From contig JBHGNT010000020.1 in NCBI GenBank assembly GCA_043228905.1, forward strand, positions 3,906,001 through 3,970,000: a stretch of 64,000 nucleotides of DNA, read 5' to 3'. The stretch is from Azolla caroliniana. Lineage: Eukaryota > Plantae > Polypodiophyta. This document shows, in pieces, positions 1 to 11,000 of the stretch; position 1 is the first letter of the stretch, and every line of letters starts with the position of its first letter. The position numbers and the translations under genes are program-made. The notes beneath the pieces are model-generated. The model was not told the origin of the DNA. It searched no databases and saw only the letters and a list, made by a program, of their open reading frames with translations.

Positions 1-2
1 GG

Positions 3-986
3 GGTCAGGTGGAACGACGCTCCGGAATCGACCACCCAGGTCATCTCTTCACCGGCAAGGTTCAGCTCCCTCTCTTCGGTAATGAGCATTATCTCTTCTT
101 CACTTGCCGCGAGTGCCGTCGTTCCTTTCCGGTCCTGCCCTCGCCGATCCGGACCTCTCTGGTCCGCGGCTCCCCGGTATGCACCGTTTCGCTCCGGTGA
201 CTTCTTCGAATCGGTACCGTCGGTTCCGTTGTCTTTCCGGAAATGCCGACAGTTCTTCTGGAAGTGCCCCGGCTTCCCACAGTAGAAGCATGTAGGTCTT
301 CCCCTCGACTGCGACCGTGTCCCCGACTTCTCCCGTCTTTGCGGACTTCGGTTCCGTTGTCTTCCCCGTTCCGATTCGGTAAGCAGCGCCTTTGAGTCAG
401 AGGCCGGTTCTTTATCTCTCCGACGCGCTTCTTCATTTAGAATACTTGTCTTTACCGTTAGTAAAGACAAGTTCTCTTCCTTACAGGAGGTGCTGAGTGT
501 AACTACCAAGTTCTCCCAGCTCTCCGGAAGGGTACACATCAGCATGATGGCTTGCATTGCGTCATCCAACGGGAACTTGATCGCCGCAAGCTGGTTCACG
601 AATCCCATGAACGTGCTGACGTGTTCGACCATGCTCTCGCCGTCCCGGTACTTAAGATTCACTATCTTCCTCATCAGGGAGGTCCGGGTCAGAGCATTCT
701 TCCTCTCATACAGTCCGGACAGCTTCTGCCACATCTCATAGGCGTTCGTATCGTTCGCCACATGTTGCAGGACACTTACATCGACATATTGCCGGATCGT
801 TGCTACGGCTTTCCGGTTCAGGAGCTTCCACTCCGACTCTATTACTCCCTTGGGTATCTCGGCATTGTCGATCGGTTCGTACAGGTCTCGGACGATGAGA
901 AGGTCTTCCATCTTTATCTTCCAGTCGGCGTAGTTCTGTGAGTTCAACACCATCATGCCCGGAGGCCCACTACCGCCGCCTTCCAT
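3..986 (-). CDS. Ty1/copia gag-pol 5' part (gag, CCHC zinc knuckle, start of aspartic protease); runs off the left edge
   Basis: Manual translation from the ATG at 986: MEGGGSGPPGMMVLNSQNYADWKIKMEDLL...LMCTLPESWENLVVTL...CFYCGKPGHFQKNC...WVVDSGASFHLTP. No stop was seen, which is why it is absent from the ORF track. Confidence 0.9.
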   Translation of the reverse strand, partial: MEGGGSGPPGMMVLNSQNYADWKIKMEDLLIVRDLYEPIDNAEIPKGVIESEWKLLNRKAVATIRQYVDVSVLQHVANDTNAYEMWQKLSGLYERKNALTRTSLMRKIVNLKYRDGESMVEHVSTFMGFVNQLAAIKFPLDDAMQAIMLMCTLPESWENLVVTLSTSCKEENLSLLTVKTSILNEEARRRDKEPASDSKALLTESERGRQRNRSPQRREKSGTRSQSRGRPTCFYCGKPGHFQKNCRHFRKDNGTDGTDSKKSPERNGAYRGAADQRGPDRRGQDRKGTTALAASEEEIMLITEERELNLAGEEMTWVVDSGASFHLT

Positions 987-1002
987 TTTCTGTGTTACCA
1001 TC

Positions 1003-1014
1003 GCTCTGATACCA
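1003..1014 (-). promoter_or_regulatory. primer-binding site (tRNA-iMet)
   Basis: TGGTATCAGAGC on the minus strand, 3 nt inside the LTR end. Confidence 0.9.
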
Positions 1015-1017
1015 CTT

Positions 1018-1747
1018 TGTTGCACACAGTGCTCGGTCACAACCGAGGAATAGGATCAACTCACAGAAAACGGGAAATACAAAGTGCACGAGGACAATAG
1101 AGAGAAGAGTACACAGGTTGTTTTACGTGGAAAACCCTAAATGGGAAAAAACCACGGGAGTCCTCAAACTCCAACTATCACTATAAACAGAGATGTACAA
1201 TGGTGAAGCTACAAGGCAACAACCTTGAGCTCACTGTCTTCGCCACAGGCGGCGGTAATACACAGAGGCAATGACCTCTTCGTCTCTCTCTCTCTCTCAC
1301 TCTCTCTCTCGGCTGCTCTCACTTCGCTCCCTCTAAGTGAGCACAGAAAAATGAGCAACAACTACTAAACTGTTTGCCCTAAGTCATATTTATACACATA
1401 TGACTTTCGGGCTATTTACAAATATAGCCTCAAGGGCTCTTGGCAAACATATTCACAAATATGTCCCCGCATCCGGATCTCTCTCCGGGTACATTCGTCA
1501 TCCGGCTCCGTAGCCGGGGTCTTCATCATCCGGCTCCGTAGCCGGGGTCTTCAGCATCCGGCTCCGTAGCCGGGGTCTTCAGCATCCGGCTCCATAGCCG
1601 GGGTCTTCATCATCCGGCTCCGTAGCCGGGGTCTTCAGCATCCGGCTCCGTAGCCGGGGTCTTCATCATCCGGCTCCGTAGCCGGGGTCTTCATTCCCGA
1701 TTCCCGGACATCCGACCATCCCATCCGGAGGGACCGTAATCCCAACA
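1018..1747 (-). mobile_element. 5' LTR of the copia element at the left edge
   Basis: TGTTGGG...CAACA termini, PBS adjacent, (GA)n tract, U5 motif TGGTTTTTCCC...GGTTTTCCACGT. Confidence 0.85.
1499..1694. repeat. 7 x 28-bp tandem repeat in LTR U3
   Basis: CATCCGGCTCCGTAGCCGGGGTCTTCA(T/G) starting at 1499, 1527, 1555, 1583, 1611, 1639 and 1667. Confidence 0.95.
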
Positions 1748-1758
1748 AACAGTTACCA

Positions 1759-2300
1759 ATGATGCTTGAAACGCACAGTAGCGGCCCCTGAGTGAGAGTG
1801 GAAAAGAGAAGAGAACCCCGTCAGATTGAATAGCTCTTTGATTATGCTTGGAACGCACAGTAGCAACCCCTGAGTGTAGAGTGGCAAAGAGAAGAGAACC
1901 CCGTCAGATTGAACAGCTCTTTGATGATGCTTGGAACGCACAGCAGCGGCCCCTGAGTGTAGAGTGGCACAGAGAAGAGAACCCCCTCAGATTGAACAGC
2001 TCTTTGATGATGCTTGGAACGCACAGTAATGGCCCCTGAGTGTAGAGTGGCACAGAGAAGAGAACCCCCTCAGATTGAACAGCTCTTTGATGATGCTTGG
2101 AACGCACAGTAATGGCCCCTGAGTGTAGAGTGGCACAGAGAAGAGAACCCCGTCAGATTGAACAGCTCTTTGATGATGCTTGGAATGCACAGTAGTGGCC
2201 CCTGAGTGTAGAGTGTCACAGAGAAGAGAACCCCGTCAGATTGAGCAGCTCTTTGATGATGCTTGGAACGCACAATAGCGGCCCCTCAGTGTAGAGTGGC
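1759..2300. repeat. ~6.5 x 83-bp tandem repeat (minisatellite)
   Basis: ATGCTTG anchor at 1762, 1844, 1927, 2010, 2093, 2176 and 2259. Confidence 0.95.
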
Positions 2301-2627
2301 GGCAGGTGGACTCGATAGGGTTTAGCAACAGTGGTAGCAACTAACCCACAGTACTCAACTAGAGATGGCCTACGTGATGTGGCAAAGGATCATGCATAAT
2401 GGACCTAGGAATTCGATATATAATTTATGGTACACATTTATGGTGCACACATCAATTTATGTTGCACATTTATGGCACTCATTTACATATGTAATTAAAA
2501 CACTCTAGTATTTTCAATGGTAGTTTTTTGCATACTTAATTTATTAATGATGGCTTTTTACTAAAATGACTATTTATCAATGGTAGCTTTTTGCATAGCT
2601 AATTAGCTATGTCAAGGACATAGCTAA

Positions 2628-5600
2628 TTGTTTCCACTCGTATGCTTCCACCCGAAGATCAAATGCCTTCGGTCGGAAGGCGGAAAGGAATATTTTTCCG
2701 GCCAATTCACTAGTTATCTGCAGCAGAAGGGAATTCGGCGAGAGTTCAGCTGCAGATACACACCGGAGCAAAACGGTGTGGCCGAAAGGAAGAACCGGAC
2801 ACTCGTCGAAGCAGCAAGGACAATGCTGGAGGAGAAGAGCATGCCCCGGTTCTACTGGGCGGAGGCGGTCCGGACGGCCGTCTACATACAAAACCGCATT
2901 GCTGACAAGGTGTCAGCTCATGAGCTGTATTTCGGGCGCAAGCCGAACTTAAGACACCTTCGGATATTCGGCAGCATAGCGTATGTGCATGTGCCGGATC
3001 AGAAGCGGGGAAAGCTGGATGCAAAATCGGAAAAATGGATCCTAGTCGGCTATGCTCAAGAGCAAAAGGGGTATAAGTGCTATAACCCCCGGACGAAGGA
3101 AGTCCGAGTTAGCCAGGATGTCGAGTTCGATGAATCGGCATCTTGGTACTCCGTACCGACTCCGACTTCCGATCTCGACCCAATGCCGGAAGATCAGGCC
3201 AGTGAGCCTGAATCAGCCCTGGCAGAGGATGATGAAGCCGGGACTCAAGATGAGAATCCGGAATCGTTACGGTTGAGTGGACCGAACGAGCGACTGAGTC
3301 GGTTGGACCGGTCGGATGAAGAGACGGCAAGTGGTGGAGACTCTGCCGTGTTCTCCCTGCGCAAGGAACCGAGGAAACGGTTCATGCGCAAAGAGAAGGG
3401 GAAGAGGAAGATGCCGGAATTTGAAACCGGCAATGATGAGTCGGATCGGTGCGTATCCGACTCCGGAAAGGAGAAAGGCGGATCTTCGGCAACGAAGACT
3501 GAACTGGCCAAGAAGGGCCTCAAATCAGGTGACGGTGCGTTGCGCCGATCAACCCGCCAGAAGGATCTCGTCATACGGTATGGGTACAATGAATACATGG
3601 CGCATCATTATGCGTACATGACTAAGGTGACAGAAGTGTGTGAGCCGGAGAGCTACGCAGAAGCGGCAAAGGACGCAAATTGGCGTGCCGCTATGGACGA
3701 AGAAATGCGGGTACTCGATGCCAACGAAACTTGGGACCTAGTTGATCCTCCCCGTCACTGTAAACCGATCGGATGCAAGTGGGTGTACAAGGTCAAGTAC
3801 AACGTTGACGGTTCTGTTAACTGGTACAAAGCCCGGTTAGTGGCGAAGGGATACGCGTAGACCCACGGAATCAACTACGACGAGACCTTCGCTCCTGTGG
3901 CGAAGATGACGACGGTTCGTGTGGTACTGGCGGTTGTTGCGGCAAGGGGGTGGCATCTTCACCAGATGGATGTGAAGAACGCCTTCCTTCAAGGAGAGCT
4001 TGAAGAAGAAGTCTTTATGAATCAGCCCCCCAGATTTCAATCGGAGATGAACAAGTCGGCGGTATGCCGACTGAAGAAGTCGCTTTACGGCTTGAAGCAA
4101 GCCCCCCGAGCTTGGAACGCGAAGATCACGCACCAGTTGCGTAAGTTGGGGTTTGTTGTCTCTAAGTCGGACTCTTCGTTGTTCATCCGGCAAAGCTCTG
4201 ACGGTCCGGTATGTATACTCTTGTATGTGGATGATTTAGTCATCACCAGACCGGGTCTTCTCGAAATCAACCGCGTCAAGTCCCAGTTGTCGGACGCATT
4301 CGAAATGAAGGACCTGGGGGACCTTCATTATTTTCTTGGGATCGAAGTGACCCGGACCCCCGACGGCATATTGCTCTCACAACGACATTACGTGTTGAAT
4401 ATGCTGTATAAGTTCGGCATGACGGATTGACGACCTGTCTCCACACCCCTGGACCGGAACCAGAAGCTCCGTCCCAACTCCGGACCGGCCTGCAATGAGA
4501 ACCGGTTCCGACTGGTTGTCGGAAGCCTGATCTACTTAACCATCACCCGACCCGACATCAGCTATCCGGTCGGCATGGTAAGTCAGTTCATGCAGAAGCC
4601 GACCGTGGAGCACCTTCAGTGCGCGCAACGAATATTACGGTATGTCAGCGGCACTAAGGACCGGGGACTGCTATACCGGCGAGGTATACCCGAAGAGCTT
4701 GTCGGTTACACAGATGCTGACTGGGCCGGCGATGCGTCTGATCGCCGCTCCACTTCCGGATACATGTTCTCCATAGGTAGCGCGGCCGTTGCGTGGAGCA
4801 GCAAGAAGCAGCCCACAATGGCTTTGTCAAGCACTGAGGCTGAGTACCGGGCCGCTACCCTTGCCACTTGTGAAGCCATCTAGCTTCGGCGACTGCTGCG
4901 AGACTTGCGGATCGAGGTACCGACCCCGATCCCGATTTACTTCGATAACATGAGCAGCCTGCAGCTTGCCAGGAACCCTGTGTTCCATGCTCGCACAAAG
5001 CACATCGAGGTGCACTACCACTTCGTGCATGAGCGGGTCCTGAGCGGTGAAGTTGACCTACGGTATGTTCATACGGATCGGCAAGTTGCCGACATCTTCA
5101 CCAAGCCGCTCGGATCGGACAAGTTGCAGCACTTTACCGACATGCTTGGTATTCAGCATCTCGACGTGCCGCACTTGAGGGGGAGAAGCAAGGGCAAAGT
5201 CTCTATCGAAATGGGCAAAGGCCAAAAAACTATTGAACCCGTCGGTAAGAGGAGAGCCGGAAGAAGAGGAGACAAGAAGATGAAGGAAGCCGAGTCGACG
5301 AAGGAAGTCGGCACATCCGAACAGGTCGGAGCAAGCGACTGTGAAGAAGAGTTGTGCACTCTGGAAGAGAAGTGCATGTTGTGCGGAGGTCATCACGATG
5401 GTACTGACCATGATGCGGAGTCGAATGAAGAATTCGATTTCGGTTCACCGGCTGAAGAAGCTGAAGGAAGCATGGAGAAGGCCAGGACTCAGAAGTGGTC
5501 CGATGTGGTGAGAGGCCTGAAGCCGGAAGTCGAATCGGAGTGTACCGATTCAGACAAGAGCTGGAACGAGTCGGAGATAGCTGATTCGGATAACCAGATG

Positions 5601-5918
5601 GATCCGGATGAGTCGGATCGACTGAAGGCCAAGGGGACACAGACACAGCGGAAGTCGATGCCATCGTGGGAGAACCGACGGATCGGCAAGCGCCGGAGTC
5701 ACAGCAACGTGAGTGCTGAGATGGGCCTATTGAGCAGACATGCCGACCGAGAGGGTCGAGGCGCGCAGAACCAAAGGGGTCGCGGCAAACGGGACTGGAC
5801 CGGACGAGGAGCGCGAGCAAGGCGGAGTGACGCCAGGAGAAGTCGGTTGGAAGAACCGACTGCCACAGAGCTCGACACTACGACCCCACCTCAGGTTGAG
5901 CTTGAGGGGGAGTGTTGA
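2628..5918 (+). pseudogene. copia family A pol (integrase, RT, RNase H) plus C-terminal extension; 5'-truncated, with in-frame stops
   Basis: [63 protein letters not shown]. Stops at about 3858, 4428 and 4881. Confidence 0.93.
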
Positions 5919-6240
5919 GCGGCAAGCTCAACCGGAGCTGGATCGGCTGAATAAGCCGGAGCCGGTAAGCGAGACGGATCGGGCGAAACGGATCGGTATG
6001 ACGGTGAGCAACCGAACCGGCAAGCAGTGGAGGCCGGCTGCAATCCGTAACCGGCAGTCCAATCGGAAGCCTAGTATAGGATAGACTACTAGGTAGCTAT
6101 AGTCTCGTAGTAAGTGTCAGATGCTCGTGTGAGCATTGGAGTACATGGTACTTCTGTCAGTCCCAAGAGGACTTGTATAAATAGTGCTACTTAGCACAGT
6201 GTGTATACAGAGTCTTGATATAATTTTGAAATTACGTTCT

Positions 6241-6313
<73 letters not shown>

Positions 6314-6353
6314 TGTTCTCTATTTTACTCTTCCGCAAACACTCACCTTGACA
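5913..6353 (+). mobile_element. 3' LTR of copia family A element
   Basis: PPT TTGAGGGGGAG directly before TGTTGAGCGG. Similar to the LTRs at 7924, 12775 and 59982. Ends ...TTGACA where another pol frame begins. Confidence 0.8.
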
Positions 6354-7173
6354 GATATCAACTGGAAGGCTTGATGACGAAGGCCACAATGGTAGTTTTC
6401 GGAATGGCAAGTGGAAGTTCTACCGAGGAAATCTCATAGTGGCCCGAGCACAGAAACAAGGCACATTGTACATGATGCATTCCCGATTGTGCAAATTGGA
6501 AGTAAACGTGGCAGCCAACTCGATAGGGGAGATATGGCATAAGAGGCTAGGCTACATGAGTGAGAAGGAAATGCACCTATTAGCCAACCAAGAACTTCTA
6601 CCAGAAGTCAAAGGAGTGCACTTGGAGAAGTACGTCGATTGCTTAGCCGGAAAGCAAAACATGACGACATTCCACTCAAGACCACCGAGGAGAAGAGAAG
6701 TTACACTGGAACTAGTGCACACGGATGTGTGCTATGTGGATGCTCCATCGCATCGAGGAGGACAGTACTTTGTAACGTTCATTGACGACTATAGTCGGAA
6801 GACATGGGCCTTCGTACTGAAGTTCGGACAATTTTCAGTTTCCGGCTCGACTCTCTTTCGGTTCTTGCTTGGAACTCCTTGAAAACCGACAACGGTGGCG
6901 AGTACAATGGGCAGTTCGAGGAATACTGCAAATGCCAAGGTATTCAGATCAAATACACAGTGCCAAAGACCCCAGAGTTGAACGGGCTTGCAGAGAGGAT
7001 GAATCGAACGATCAAGGAGAGAGTAAGGAACATGCTCTCTCATGCAAAACTGCTGAAATCCTATTGGGTTGAGGCGATGTACACAACTGTCTATCTGATC
7101 AACAGGTCTCCCTCAGTACCATTAAAGGGTGATATCCCACAAAGGGTTTGGACAGGGAAGGATGTCTCCTACC
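6354..7173 (+). pseudogene. host copia pol fragment (GAG-pre-integrase, integrase)
   Basis: IWHKRLGYMSEK, LELVHTDVC, FIDDYSR, PKTPELNGLAERMNRTI. The frame continues at 7892-7923 and 13210. Confidence 0.88.
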
Positions 7174-7891
7174 TGTTAGGAAACAGGTCCCTCCGGATGG
7201 GAAGTGAGAAGAACGGTGTTGATGAGAAACCGGATGTGGAGTACCCGGCAATGGAAGACCCGGTGAGAACCGGATGACGAGTACCCGACAACGGAAGACC
7301 CGGTGAGAACCGGATGATGAGTACCCGGCAACGGAAGACCCGGTAAGAACCGGATATGGAGTACCCGACAACGAAAGTCCCGGTGAGAACCGGATGACGA
7401 GTACCCGGCAAGGAAGACCCACCGGATGTTGCAGGCTCGGTGAGAACCTCTCACCGGATGAAGGGACATATATGTAAATATGTTCCACAGAGCCCATTGG
7501 GGCTATATTTTGTAAATAGCCGAAATTCATATTAGTATAAATATGACCTAGGGAAAACTCTGTGTAATCTTTTTAGGTGTAACGACTGTACAGAGAGAGA
7601 GACAGAGAGAGCGATACAGAGCATGTGTCTATTGTAACCGTCGCTAGGCGAAAATTGTGAGCAGGAGGTCGTTGCCTCTGTGCTCCCTGTTGTATTACTT
7701 TATAGAGTGATAGTTTGGAGTATGTGGACTCCCATGGTTTTTCCCTCTCATGGTTTTCCACGTTAATATCCTGTGTATTCTCTTTCTATTTTGTGTACTT
7801 ACCGCCATTCCCATTTCGTCTGTGTTTTGATTGTCATCAAGTGATCTATGCTTCGGTTGTGGCCGGAGATTAATCCACGTATTTCACGTCA
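7174..7891 (+). mobile_element. solo copia LTR
   Basis: TGTTAGG...GTCA with imperfect 5-bp TSD CTACC/ATACC. Removing it restores host DVSYQHLRVFGC. Confidence 0.85.
7227..7425. repeat. ~5 x 40-bp tandem repeat in LTR U3
   Basis: GAACCGGATGACGAGTACCCGRCAACGGAAGACCCGGTGA at 40-bp period (7227, 7267, 7307, 7347, 7387). Confidence 0.9.
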
Positions 7892-7923
7892 ATACCAACA
7901 CCTGAGGGTGTTTGGATGTTTGG

Positions 7924-7974
7924 TGTAAAAGATTAAGTGCGGAAGCGTCAGACAAACCGGCTTTGCCGGATAGC

Positions 7975-8033
<59 letters not shown>

Positions 8034-11000
8034 ACACACAGAGTGTACGTGGGAGAGACAAAGAGAGAGCAGAATGTTTAAATCTATTACAAAACAATAA
8101 TAGTTCCCTCTACATGAAATGTGCTCAACAACACTATTTTTACAAGCCCTAAGAGGACTGACAGAAGTACCGGGCACTTCAATGCTCACTCGAGCGTTTG
8201 ACACTAACTATGAGACTATTAATTACCTAGTAGTCTAGGCTACTACTAGGCTTCCGGTTACTGTTTGATCCAGTTAACCGGCTCCCCAGCTCACTGGCTC
8301 AATTGCTTGCCGGCTCACCGATCTGGCTCATCCTTCCGGATGCCGATCCGGCTCATGCTTATTCAGCTGATCCGGATCCGATTGAGCTTGCCGCTCAACA
8401 CTCCCCCTCAAGCTCAACTTGAGGTCGGATCGTAGTGTCAGTCTCCATGGCAGCCAGTCCTTCCACCTGGCTCCTTCTGGTGTCACTACGCCTCGCTCGC
8501 GCTCCTCGTCCGGTTCGGTCCCATTTGTCGCGACCCTTCTGATTTTGTGCACCTCGACCTCCTCGGTCGGCTTGTCTCCTCAACAGGCCCAATTCAGCTC
8601 CCTCATTGTTGTGACATCGCCGCTTGCCGCTTCGCCGATCCCTTCGTGTTGGCGTCGACTTTCGCTGCCTTCTCGTACTCTTGGCCTTCAAATGATCCAG
8701 TTCTTGTAGATCGATCTGCAAGTCTTGCAGCAAGCGCCGAAGCCAAATGGCTTCACAGGTGGCAACGGTAGCGCCCCGGTATTCAGCCTCAGTGCTCGAC
8801 AGAGCCACTGTTGGCTGCTTTTTGCTGCTCCATGCAACAGCAGCACTACCAAGGGAGAACATGTAGCCAGAGGTAGATCGACGATCTGATGCATCGTCGG
8901 CCCAGTCGGCATCGGTGTAGCCGACTAGCTCTTCGGTTATACCATACCGGTCCACGTTCCTTCGTGCCGCTCACATATCGCAAAATTCGATGTGCGCACA
9001 AAAGGTGCTCCACGGTCGGCTTCTGCATATATTGGCTGATCACGCCGACCGGATAACTGATGTTCGGTCGGGTAATTGTCAGATATATAAGGCTTCCGAC
9101 GATTTGTCGGAACCGTTTCTCATCGCAGGTTGGTCCGGAGTCAGGACGGAGCTTCTAGTTCCTGTCCAGGGGTGTGGATATCGGTCGGGATTCCATCATG
9201 TTGAACTTGTACAACCTATTCAACACATAGTGTCTCTGTGAGAGCAATATGCCGTCGGGGGTTCGGATCACCTCGATCCCAAGGAAATAGTGAAGGTCCC
9301 CCAGATCCTTCATCTCAAATGCGTCCGACAGTTGGGACTTGACTCGGCTGATTTCATCGAGTCCGGGTCTAGTGATGACCAGATCATCAACATACAACAA
9401 GATGCAAACCGAACCGTCCAAACCTTGCCGGATGAACAACGAAGAGTCAGACTTGGAGGCCGCAAACCCCACCTTACGCAACCGGTGCGTAATCTTGGCA
9501 TTCAAAGCTCAGGGGGTTGCTTCAAGCCATAAAGTGGCTTCTTCAACCGGCATACCGCCAACTTGTTTATCTCCGTCTGGAAACCGGGAGATTGGGACAT
9601 AAATACCTCTTCTTCAAGGTAGCCTTGAAGAAATGCATTCTTCACATCCATCTGGTGAAGATGCCACTCCCTTGCCGCAGCAACCGCCAGCACCACACGA
9701 ACCGTCGTCATCTTCGCCACTGGAGCGAAGGTCTGGTCATAGTCGATTCCGTGGGTCTGCGCATATCCCTTCGCCACTAACCGGGCCTTGTACTGGTTAA
9801 CCGAACCATTGGCATTATACTTTACTTTGTATACCCACTTACATCCAATCGGTTTACAGTGTCGGGGAGGATCAACAAGGTCCCATATGTCGTTGGCATC
9901 AAGTGCCCGCATTTCTTCCTCCATAGCGGCACACCAATTTGCGTCCCTTGCCACTTCTGCGTAGCTCTCTGGCTCAAGCACTTCCGCCACCTTCGTCATG
10001 TACGCATAGTGATGCGCCATGTAATCATTGTACCCGTACCGCTTCACGGGGTTTTTCTGGCGAGAAGACCGACATAACTTATCGTTACTCGGTTTGGGGC
10101 CCTTCCTGGCCGGTGCGGTCTTTGTTGCCGAAGATCCGCCTTCTTCCATACCAGAGTTGGATTCGCTCTGATCCGACTCATTGTTGCCGGTTCCGTATTC
10201 CAACATCTTCTTCTTCCCCTTTTCTTTGTGCGTGAACCGTCTCCTCGATTCCTTGCGCGGGGAGAGCATTGCAAAGTCTCCACTGCTCTCTGGTTCCTCA
10301 TCCGACTGGTCATCCCGACTCAGCCACTCATTCAGTCCACTTAGCCGGAATGAGGTCAGACTCTCTTCTAGAGTGTTGAAGTCTTCATCTTCTATCTGGA
10401 CCAGTTTAGGCTCACTAGCCTCATCCTCTAGTATCGGATCGGGGTCGGAAGTCGGAGCCAGTAAGACATACCATGATGTCGTCTCATCAAACTCAACATC
10501 TTGGCTAACTCGGACCTGCTTCGTTCGAGGGTTATAACACTTATACCCCTTTTGCTCATGTGAGTAACCGACCAGGATGCATTTCTCCGACTTCGCATCC
10601 AACTTCCTCCGCTTCTCATCCGGCACATGCACATATGCAATGCTACCAAATATCCGAAGGTGTCTCAAATTTGGCTTGCGCCCGAAATATAGCTCATACG
10701 CGGGCACCTTGTCACCGATCCGGTTTTGGATGTAGACGGTCGTCCGGTCTGCCTCCACCTAGTAGAAATGGGGCATGCTCTTCTCCTCCAGCATTGCCCT
10801 TGCCGCGTCAACAATTGACCGGTTCTTCCTTTCGCCCACACCGTTTTGTTCCGGTGTGTATCTGCACCTGAACTCTCTCCGAATTCCTTTTTGCTGCAGA
10901 TAACTGTTGAATTGGCCGGAATTTCCGCCATCCGATCGTAGGCACTTGATCTTCCTCTCCGTTTCCCGTTCAACTAGGCTTTGCAGGTTCCGAAAACACT

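Noticed and set aside
552-941. plus-strand ORFs over 1-950 and similar antisense ORFs over pol regions
   Set aside because: Shadow frames of the gag/pol on the opposite strand
1759-2300. 83-bp array as a CRISPR array or as repeated small ORFs (MRSKHHQRAVQS...)
   Set aside because: Units repeat along their whole length with no unique spacers, there are no cas genes and the context is eukaryotic. The period is not a multiple of 3, so the ORFs are artefacts.
5190-5918. env-like gene in the copia 3' extension
   Set aside because: No hydrophobic or transmembrane segment; highly charged and fused in frame to RNase H
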